This document shows, piece after piece, positions 49,524 to 57,035 of a DNA stretch of 64,000 nt. The notes below the pieces were generated by a model, which was not told the DNA's origin, searched no databases, and saw only the letters and a list, made by a program, of their open reading frames with translations. Position 1 is the first letter of the stretch. Every line of letters starts with the position of its first letter. The DNA is from Candidatus Tayloriibacteriota bacterium. Lineage in GTDB: Bacteria; Patescibacteriota; Minisyncoccia; Phycocordibacterales; PALSA-1337. The stretch is from NCBI GenBank assembly GCA_016215455.1, contig JACRJP010000002.1, positions 87,622 through 151,621 of the forward strand, in the 5' to 3' direction. Both the position numbers and the translations under genes were made by a program.

Positions 49524-50747
49524 ATGTTTTGGAAACGAAAAATAACTACTGTTACTGACCCGGCACGGATAGATGCTTTTCTTGATCGTGGTATTGAAAA
49601 TGTATATCCAAATAAAGAATTTGTTCGGGCAAAAATGCTCCGTGGAGAACGACTATCAATGTTTCTTGGTATTGATCCAACAGGTCCAACACTTCATTTA
49701 GGTCATGTTATTCCAATAAAAAAACTTCAAGAGTTCCAACAATTGGGTCATCAGGCAATTTTACTCATCGGCGACTTTACAGGAATGATAGGTGATCCAA
49801 CGGATAAGAGTGCAACACGTAAAAAACTCACTCGTGAACAAGTTCTTTCTAATGCTTCTCTTTATAAGCAGCAGGCAGCAAAGTTTCTTGATTTCACAGG
49901 TCCTAATAAGGCATTAATAAAATACAACAACGACTGGCTCGGAAAAATGAACTTTGCTGAGGTTCTTGAACTTGCATCCCTTATGACAGTTGATCAGATG
50001 TTGAAACGAGATATGTTTCAAAAGAGAATCGAAGAGGGTAATCCTATTTATATTCATGAATTTTTGTACCCACTTCTTCAGGGATATGACAGTGTTGCGA
50101 TGAATGTAGATGGAGAGGTTGGAGGTAATGATCAAACATTTAACATGCTTGCTGGACGCGATCTTGTAAAGGCAATTAATAAAAAGGAAAAGTTTGTCAT
50201 TGCAAGTAAACTCCTTGTTGATTCGACAGGTAAGAAAATGGGGAAGACTGAGGGGAATATGGTAAGTCTTAATCAAACAGCAGATCAGATGTTTGGAAGT
50301 GTTTTGAGTTGGTCAGACGGACTCATCATTCCAGGACTTGAAATTTGTACCAACATATCTCTTGATGAGATTCGTGTAATTGAGAACAAAATGAAGGAGG
50401 GAATGAATCCTCGAGACGCTAAGGTTCTTCTCGCAAAAGAGATTGTTGGTATGTATCACGGAAAAGAAGCCGCTGACAAAGCAGAACAAAACTTCATTAA
50501 GACATTTAAAGAAGGAGCCTTACCAGAAGACGTTCAAACTGTTGCTGTCGCGAAGGGTGAGAAACTTGTTGATATTCTTGTTAAAGAAAAATTAGTTGAA
50601 TCAAAGAGTGATTTCCGTCGCCTCATTGAAGGTAATGCAGTATCAGTTATTGGAGGAGATGTTATTACATCACCTGACTACAGCATTGACGGGCCAGTTA
50701 AGATCAAGGTGGGTAAGCGTCGGTTTATTAGTATCGAGGTTCGTTAA
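49524..50747 (+). CDS. tyrS: Tyrosine--tRNA ligase
   Basis: HIGH-type motif PTLHLGH, KMSKS-type KKMGKT, C-terminal S4 domain. The ORF track begins at 49383; ATG 49524 fits, leaving only 19 bp between the divergent PBP and tyrS starts. Confidence 0.85.
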   Translation: MFWKRKITTVTDPARIDAFLDRGIENVYPNKEFVRAKMLRGERLSMFLGIDPTGPTLHLGHVIPIKKLQEFQQLGHQAILLIGDFTGMIGDPTDKSATRKKLTREQVLSNASLYKQQAAKFLDFTGPNKALIKYNNDWLGKMNFAEVLELASLMTVDQMLKRDMFQKRIEEGNPIYIHEFLYPLLQGYDSVAMNVDGEVGGNDQTFNMLAGRDLVKAINKKEKFVIASKLLVDSTGKKMGKTEGNMVSLNQTADQMFGSVLSWSDGLIIPGLEICTNISLDEIRVIENKMKEGMNPRDAKVLLAKEIVGMYHGKEAADKAEQNFIKTFKEGALPEDVQTVAVAKGEKLVDILVKEKLVESKSDFRRLIEGNAVSVIGGDVITSPDYSIDGPVKIKVGKRRFISIEVR

Positions 50748-50751
50748 TAAC

Positions 50752-50783
50752 AAAAAAACCGCCCTTGAGCGGTTTTTTTGTTA
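50752..50783. terminator. Bidirectional rho-independent terminator
   Basis: aaaaaaaccgcccttgagcggtttttttg. Confidence 0.7.
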
Positions 50784-50990
50784 TTATTCTTCCCACTTAT
50801 CACCGAATGGATTGATATCACTTTCATCAAGACTCTCCTCATCTTCCTCAGTTTTAACTCCTTCTGTTTCGATTTCCTCGTCTGTGGTGTCTTCGTCTCC
50901 AAGAATAAGGTCAGGGTCTACTATCTTTGTTTCGTCGTCCTTTTCTTCCTCGTCTTTTAGGTTTGTTGTTACGTCTCTTTCGTCGCTCAT
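50784..50990 (-). CDS. Small highly acidic protein (68 aa, about 45% Asp/Glu), hypothetical
   Basis: Intact ORF in an otherwise empty 350 bp gap; no homology recognisable. May not be expressed. Confidence 0.3.
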   Translation of the reverse strand: MSDERDVTTNLKDEEEKDDETKIVDPDLILGDEDTTDEEIETEGVKTEEDEESLDESDINPFGDKWEE

Positions 50991-51101
50991 ACTAAATTAA
51001 TTACTGCTCATAATTTGTGATTGTATAGTTGTAACACATTCTATTTTCTTTGCAAGATTTTCAGAAGAATCTTTTTGTGGAAAAGTGTATTTTTTCAAAA
51101 A

Positions 51102-51584
51102 TTATTTTGCGCGACCATGAATAGCGGCACATGTAAGTCCAATTGCGATAGCGTCATACTCATCATCATATTTTATTTTTTTATTGATCGAGATGAGTTT
51201 GTCGACCATTGATAGTATTTGTTTCTTGTCACTTTTTCCATATCCAGTAACTGCAATTTTTACAGCAATGGGTGTGTATTCGTACACAGTAAGATTGTTG
51301 TTGAGAGCTTGATATAGAATTGCTCCACGAGTTTCAGCAACATGAAGAGCTGTTTTTTGATTCTTTGTAAAAAAAAGAGTTTCCATAGCAAATACATCAG
51401 GAGAGTATTTTTCTATAACACGTGCCACCTCTAAACTAACTTGGTGGAGTCGTGTATAAAAAGTATCTTTAGGGTTGGTGGTATAACAGTCTGAATACAG
51501 AAGTGTTTCTTTTGTTGTTCCATTTTTATCAATCACCGCAATACCAAGTCGGTCGTATCCAGGATCTACAGCAAGAATTTTCAT
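51102..51584 (-). CDS. ruvC: Crossover junction endodeoxyribonuclease RuvC
   Basis: MKILAVDPGYDRLGIAV start with catalytic Asp/Glu pattern. 160 aa. Confidence 0.85.
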   Translation of the reverse strand: MKILAVDPGYDRLGIAVIDKNGTTKETLLYSDCYTTNPKDTFYTRLHQVSLEVARVIEKYSPDVFAMETLFFTKNQKTALHVAETRGAILYQALNNNLTVYEYTPIAVKIAVTGYGKSDKKQILSMVDKLISINKKIKYDDEYDAIAIGLTCAAIHGRAK

Positions 51585-51600
51585 AGGTATATTGTAACAA

Positions 51601-51625
51601 AAAAGCCCGGTCTATGCCGGGCTCC
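51601..51625 (-). terminator. Rho-independent terminator after yebC
   Basis: On the minus strand: agcccggcatagaccgggct followed by TTTTTGTT. Confidence 0.6.
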
Positions 51626-51627
51626 TT

Positions 51628-52158
51628 TTATTCTGCGTTAGTAAACACCTCTTGCACTTCATCATTATCCTCGAGCTCTTCAATGAGTTTTTCAAGGATA
51701 GCCCCGTCCTCTTCGCTGATAGGGATCGTTGTCTGGGGTATCCAACCTTCAGATGTTTTTTGAAATGCCCACGTTGCACTTCCTTGAGCTGCAAGTTCAA
51801 AACCGTTTTTTGAGAGAATGTGTTTAACTTCTTGAGCTGCTTTATTACGATTTTCAGTAAGGCCCTCAATGATTAAGGCTGAGCCACCTGGACCATATGA
51901 TTCATAGGTGACAGACTCCATCGCTGCAGAGTTGTCAGCAGTTGCTTTTTTCACTGCTCGGTCGATTGTGTCATTCGGTACGTTTTCTTTCTTTGCTTTT
52001 TCAATAGCATTTACAAGACCAGGTGATCGAAGGTTTCCACCTGCTTTTTTTGCTTCTGCTGTAATTAACTTCACCATTTTTGTGAAAGTCTTACTCTTTT
52101 GAGCATCAGTCTTTGCTTTTTGATGCTTAATCTTTGAATATTTATTGTGTCCAGCCAT
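51628..52158 (-). CDS. yebC: YebC/PmpR-family DNA-binding regulator (short form)
   Basis: MAGHNKYSKIKHQKAKTDAQKSKTFTKM is the family's invariant N-terminus. Confidence 0.8.
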   Translation of the reverse strand: MAGHNKYSKIKHQKAKTDAQKSKTFTKMVKLITAEAKKAGGNLRSPGLVNAIEKAKKENVPNDTIDRAVKKATADNSAAMESVTYESYGPGGSALIIEGLTENRNKAAQEVKHILSKNGFELAAQGSATWAFQKTSEGWIPQTTIPISEEDGAILEKLIEELEDNDEVQEVFTNAE

Positions 52159-52212
52159 ATGTTTCTAAGTATATAGTTACTAAGATAAAATTCAACATTA
52201 CTATAATTGCTC

Positions 52213-53244
52213 CTATAATAACTTTCCAGAGCCTTTCATATCGAGGTGTGCGTATGCTTTGTCTGTTACTGTTCGTCCACGTGGAGTACGTTCAAGAAGT
52301 CCAAGTTGTATAAGGTAAGGTTCGTAGACTTCTTCGATAGTAGCCTGTTCTTCTGAAAGGGCAGCACCAAGAGTGTTGAGTCCAACAGGACCTCCTCCAA
52401 ATTTATCAATCATAATCTTGAGAATGTCTCGGTCAGCAGCGTTAAGACCCAGTTCATCCACTCCGAGCATTGCGAGTGTTTTTACTACTGTGTCATGGGA
52501 TAGAACTCCACCATTATGCACTTGAGCAAAATCACGACACCGTTTGAGAAAGTAGTTTGCAGTACGTGGTGTGAAACGACTTCGTTTTGAAATTTCAGCT
52601 ACAGCCTTGGGATCAATCTTAATACCGAGAATTTTTGCAGAACGCTCTATGATCTGACCAATTTCATCATTAGTATAAAATTCAAGCTTAAATACACCAC
52701 CCGAGAAACGTGATCGAAGAGGGGATGAGATCATTGCGATACGTGTTGTTGCTGCAATCAGTGTAAATTGAGGAAGTTCGAGTTGGATAGTTCGAGCAGA
52801 CGGACCTTTACCGATAATAATATCAAGGGACCCTGATTCCATAGCAGGGTAGAGTACTTCTTCAATTGCTTTGTTGAGACGATGAATTTCATCGATGAAC
52901 AATATATCACCATGAGAAAGGTTGGTAAGAATTGAAGCAAGGTCACCCACCTTGAGAATTGCTGGCCCCGATGTCACTTTCATTTGAGCTTTTGTTTCCT
53001 TTGCTATGAGATGAGCGAGTGTTGTTTTACCGAGTCCTGGAGGACCATAAAAAAGTATATGTTCTGGAGGATGTTCACGCTGTTGTGCCGCTGTAAGAAG
53101 AATATGGAGGTTATCTTTGATGTTTTTCTGACCAATGTATTCGTTCCATGTGCCAGGACGAAGGGTATAGTCGAGGTGATTAACCTCTTTATCCTGAGTC
53201 TGTTGCGTTTCTTTTGGTTTTTTGGTCGTTTTCTCGGTACTCAT
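52213..53244 (-). CDS. ruvB: Holliday junction branch migration helicase RuvB
   Basis: LRP..W.EYIGQ N-terminal motif, Walker A GPPGLGKTTLA, Walker B ILFIDEIHR. ATG 53244 chosen over the ORF-track 53280. Confidence 0.9.
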   Translation of the reverse strand: MSTEKTTKKPKETQQTQDKEVNHLDYTLRPGTWNEYIGQKNIKDNLHILLTAAQQREHPPEHILFYGPPGLGKTTLAHLIAKETKAQMKVTSGPAILKVGDLASILTNLSHGDILFIDEIHRLNKAIEEVLYPAMESGSLDIIIGKGPSARTIQLELPQFTLIAATTRIAMISSPLRSRFSGGVFKLEFYTNDEIGQIIERSAKILGIKIDPKAVAEISKRSRFTPRTANYFLKRCRDFAQVHNGGVLSHDTVVKTLAMLGVDELGLNAADRDILKIMIDKFGGGPVGLNTLGAALSEEQATIEEVYEPYLIQLGLLERTPRGRTVTDKAYAHLDMKGSGKLL

Positions 53245-53402
53245 GGTTATATGGGTATATTCTAACCTGACTTGACACAAAATACTATTTATGCTAGGAT
53301 ACTAGATGTAAACTTTTAAATAAGTTGGGTTCTATACAACTCCTGTAAAGCGGCACACCGAGTACTCTCGATGGCCGTTTTTACATATAATATCAAGTTC
53401 AT

Positions 53403-53550
53403 AAATCTCTAAGCAATTTAGCCTATTTGCGTAGGTTAACTGATGTTCGTCTAAGGACGTCCTGGTTCCACCCCGGTGTTCTTACTGGGTCTATCCTCGG
53501 GGGTTCGTTTAGCTTTTGGTGATCTCATTAAAAGTATTGCTTAGAGATTT
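53403..53550. repeat. 148 bp element bounded by perfect 15 bp inverted repeats with GC-rich palindrome-rich core
   Basis: aaatctctaagcaat (53403-53417) pairs with attgcttagagattt (53536-53550). Core contains aggacgtcct and ccaccccggtg palindromes. Confidence 0.5.
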
Positions 53551-53726
53551 CTGGACTTGATTGCACTATCGCGCATCTATTCTGTTGTAAATCGCTTTTC
53601 TCTCAATACCTTCTCTCACGTTTCTTTGAAGCGTTCTTTTGCTGCATTCAATACTACTCTTCCTTTTTTAAAATTCAATTGACACTGCAAAAATTCTGCT
53701 TCATAACAGAATTTCTTGTTAAAAAA

Positions 53727-55400
53727 CTAGTATTCAGTGATGTCAATCACACGTTCGAGCTCATCAAGAGTTGTAATTCCTTTGAGTACTTTGAGAACAC
53801 CATCTTGTGGCATTGTGAGAAGTCCTTGTGGTCGTGCAGCGTCACGAATGAGTTTTTCGCTTGATCCAGTTTCAATGAGATTGTTAACTGCTTCATCAAT
53901 GAGAATGCCTTCATACACACCAACTCGGCCTTTGTATCCAGTCTTATTACACTTATCACACCCAACAGCTTCCCAAACTTTTGTGTGTTCAGTAGGGATT
54001 TCGTTTTTATCAGTAATAGCATTGAGCACTTTCTCAACTTTTTCAAGAACTGGTCCAGTGAGAGTTGATTCTTTTCTACATACAGGACAAAGTTTTCGAA
54101 CGAGACGTTGAGCAAGAGCAATGGTTATAGCAGAACTAATTACTCGAGAGTTGATACCTAGATCGAGAAGGCGGGGGAATGAGCCAGCTGCATTGTTGGT
54201 GTGGAGAGTAGAAAATACCAAGTGACCCGTCAATGCAGAGTTGATGGCGATTGCCGCTGTCTCGCTATCTCGAATTTCTCCCACCATGATGATGTCAGGA
54301 TCTTGTCGGAGAGCTGAGCGGAGTCCTTCAAGGAAGGTGTAACCCTGGTCATTAACTTGTGTTTGTACGATACCAGGAAGATGGTATTCGATAGGGTCTT
54401 CAATGGTAATAATCTTAATTGCAGGAGCATGTACCTTCTTGAGAAGAGCATAGAGGGTTGTTGTTTTTCCTGAGCCAGTAGGACCTGTTGTAAGGAGCAT
54501 GCCGTTTGGTTTGTCGATCTGGCGGAGAATAGTGGCAAGTAACTTATCATGAATACCAAGTTCCTCAAGCGGAACAGAAATTGATTTTGGATTCAAAATA
54601 CGAAGTACCACCGATTCGTTATATGCACCCGGTAGAATCGAGGTTCGAATTTCAATATCAGTATCTTTGAGGTGCACACTAAAGCGACCATCCTGAGAAT
54701 CTTTTTTGATATTAAGTTTGAGTCCTGAAAGAAGTTTGATACGAGAAAGGAGAAGGGTATAAGTACTTGTGTCAAAACGAAGAACATCCTGAAGTACACC
54801 GTCGAGTCGATAACGAATACGAATGTATTCTTCTTCTGGTTCGATATGAACGTCAGATGCTCCTGTTGCAAGTGCACCAGCGAGAATTGTTTCGAGAATA
54901 CGCGAGATACGGTAGCTTTTCTTCTGAGTAAAGATGTCAGTAAGAATCTCTTGAACTTGAGGAAGGCCTGTTACTTGATCAACAATCTTTGCAATTTCAT
55001 CATTTGAAATTTCAAGTGAACCCGCTTTTGTTTCATAGGCAAATGAAAGATCTTTGTAAGCATTCCAACCTTTTTCAAGACTTGCTGTTGAGGCTACGTT
55101 TACATTCACTTCAAATCCTTTTTCTTCAAGAGATTTAATAACAGCAACAGTCTTCTCGTCTCCTGGCTGACGAGCGGCCACCTTTAGTTTTTTGTCGAAA
55201 ATAGCATAAGCAACGATACGTGCTTCTCGAGAATCTTTCTCATCAATGAGACGAAGAGCATCGGTGTTAACAGCTACGGTTGATAGGTCAACATAGTCGA
55301 GACTGTATTTAGCACCAAGAAGTTGAACAAGATCTTCTTCCTCTTTTTTTAGTAGCTCTGCGAGCTTATGTTTCTGCTTGTCTTCGTCAAATTGAACCAT
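53727..55400 (-). CDS. Second PilB/GspE-family secretion ATPase
   Basis: GspE N-terminal domain (LGAKYSLDYVDLS), Walker A GPTGSGKTTT, tetracysteine motif CPVC...CDKC. 557 aa. Confidence 0.8.
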   Translation of the reverse strand: MVQFDEDKQKHKLAELLKKEEEDLVQLLGAKYSLDYVDLSTVAVNTDALRLIDEKDSREARIVAYAIFDKKLKVAARQPGDEKTVAVIKSLEEKGFEVNVNVASTASLEKGWNAYKDLSFAYETKAGSLEISNDEIAKIVDQVTGLPQVQEILTDIFTQKKSYRISRILETILAGALATGASDVHIEPEEEYIRIRYRLDGVLQDVLRFDTSTYTLLLSRIKLLSGLKLNIKKDSQDGRFSVHLKDTDIEIRTSILPGAYNESVVLRILNPKSISVPLEELGIHDKLLATILRQIDKPNGMLLTTGPTGSGKTTTLYALLKKVHAPAIKIITIEDPIEYHLPGIVQTQVNDQGYTFLEGLRSALRQDPDIIMVGEIRDSETAAIAINSALTGHLVFSTLHTNNAAGSFPRLLDLGINSRVISSAITIALAQRLVRKLCPVCRKESTLTGPVLEKVEKVLNAITDKNEIPTEHTKVWEAVGCDKCNKTGYKGRVGVYEGILIDEAVNNLIETGSSEKLIRDAARPQGLLTMPQDGVLKVLKGITTLDELERVIDITEY

Positions 55401-55471
55401 ATTGTTTTTTTATTGCTCTAAGTATATCGCAGAAGGGAAAAGAAGGGAAAAATGGCTCTAGATAAGAGATA

Positions 55472-55501
55472 TTGACGATACGGTCATTTAAATGGTATAA
55501 T
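55472..55501 (+). promoter_or_regulatory. Near-consensus sigma70 promoter (TTGACG-N18-TATAAT), preceded by a perfect tandem 10 bp repeat
   Basis: TTGACG at 55472-55477; TATAAT at 55496-55501. agaagggaaa occurs twice in tandem at 55431-55450. Confidence 0.45.
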
Positions 55502-55567
55502 ATATAACAGGTGGGCACAGTGTTTGTGTCCAGATACCGTTCAACCGCAGCATTTTCCGTAACGTCT

Positions 55568-56089
55568 ATGAAACCCTCGTTCCTTATCAGTCTATTTCTC
55601 ACTCTCGCTACCCTCGTCACGGGTTGCGCCCAGTCAGGTGCAGCTCATCGGGTTTATCCTGGTGGAACAACTAGTTACTCCTCGACTACGTCGACGGAGT
55701 ATCATGTGTCCCGTCCGGGACCGTCGTGGCAGGGTAACAACTTCTACGATCATCCGATCGGAGCGAGTCGGATTACTCCGGTTCGCACGTATCGGAGCGA
55801 GACTTTGGTGGACCTTGGAGTATTCCAACACCATCGAGTGTCAGAGAAGGTAGCCTCTCCAACACTAATTCTGCCAGATGGCAGGTCGGTAACGGAGGTT
55901 ACCCGCTATCAGTCGACTCAAACGTCGACTCGACCCCAGCAGGTCTATCCCACCACATCCTACGGTGGGTTCACTGGTGTCCAGCCCTCCTACATCGATA
56001 ATACGTCGGGGAGGTCGGGTCGCAGTTCATTTCCATCGTCATCGGTGACGGTGACCCCAGTGTCGCCTTTCAGGGCATTGGGTAGGTGA
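55568..56089 (+). CDS. Lipoprotein, Ser/Thr/Arg/Pro-rich, encoded in a conspicuously GC-rich segment
   Basis: MKPSFLISLFLTLATLVTGC signal with lipobox. The ORF track starts at GTG 55511. Codons such as TCG/ACG/GTC/CGG dominate, unlike neighbouring genes. Confidence 0.5.
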   Translation: MKPSFLISLFLTLATLVTGCAQSGAAHRVYPGGTTSYSSTTSTEYHVSRPGPSWQGNNFYDHPIGASRITPVRTYRSETLVDLGVFQHHRVSEKVASPTLILPDGRSVTEVTRYQSTQTSTRPQQVYPTTSYGGFTGVQPSYIDNTSGRSGRSSFPSSSVTVTPVSPFRALGR

Positions 56090-56166
56090 CTGAGTCACCA
56101 ACACGTTTACGGCCGGCAGCATGCGCAAGCATCTGCCGGCCTAAATCTTTATGTTATGATATTTGC

Positions 56167-56619
56167 ATGCTTACGATTTCACATACGGTTGCCGAAACAG
56201 AATCACTCGCTTCTTTTTTTATATCTAAGTTAGTTGCTCGACCTCCAACCGCAGTTGCTACAGTTCTTGGTTTAAATGGTGATCTTGGATCAGGCAAGAC
56301 TGCATTTACAAAGGGAATAGCTCAAGCCCTCCATGTTCAGGAGCTCGTTACGAGTCCTACATTTGTTATTGAAAAGATATACCAACTCGACAATTCTCGT
56401 TTTGCTAACCTTATTCATATTGATGCATATCGACTTGATAAGGGGGAAGATTTGGTGAGACTTGGTTGGGATGCCATCATTAAAGACCCAAAGAATCTTA
56501 TTATCGTTGAATGGCCACAGAATGTAAAAGATATTATGCCAGCTAATACTATTGATATTGTGTTCACTTTCGTTGATCCTGCTACACGAGGAATTGAGAT
56601 TAAAGAAATACAACAGTAG
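56167..56619 (+). CDS. tsaE: tRNA threonylcarbamoyladenosine biosynthesis ATPase TsaE
   Basis: Walker A GDLGSGKTAFTKG and IHIDAYRL motif. ATG 56167 preferred over ORF-track 56086. Confidence 0.75.
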   Translation: MLTISHTVAETESLASFFISKLVARPPTAVATVLGLNGDLGSGKTAFTKGIAQALHVQELVTSPTFVIEKIYQLDNSRFANLIHIDAYRLDKGEDLVRLGWDAIIKDPKNLIIVEWPQNVKDIMPANTIDIVFTFVDPATRGIEIKEIQQ

Positions 56620-57035
56620 AGTAAAAATAAAAAGAGGTTAGGTGCCGGCAGGTAGCGCCCTACACACCACTACACGGGACATATACCCACCGGCACCAAC
56701 TCGAACTTAGGAGGGGGCTTTACTTCCCTCACTACGCCGCAACCCATCCGGGCTCGACATCTTTTCAATAGTTTATGATCAGGTCCGGCGGGCGTAAGCA
56801 ACACACAGCCTGCCCGCCGGACCATCACCCACAACCACAGCTACAACACACAAACTTGCAGGTGACCTCAGTCAGTCAATCCGCGTATCCATGTATCTCT
56901 TAACCTAGCAGTATGGCTGACGAAGATGAAGAGTGATCAAACTATTCTATCTAGCGTAATTGTACGCCCGTAGAGTTTTTGTTGTCAAATTTCTTTTTAG
57001 CACACTTTTTATTTGGTTAGGATATAATCTCATTA

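Noticed and set aside
55634-55853. Two overlapping 66-71 aa ORFs on both strands
   Set aside because: They fall inside the GC-rich lipoprotein gene and are artefacts of high GC. The lipoprotein frame has a convincing signal peptide and lipobox.
56086-56166. N-terminal 27 codon extension of tsaE in the ORF track
   Set aside because: The extension is GC-rich read-through of the upstream hairpin region (ggccggcag...ctgccggcc) and encodes a Cys/Arg-rich non-native-looking peptide. The ATG at 56167 gives a normal TsaE N-terminus.
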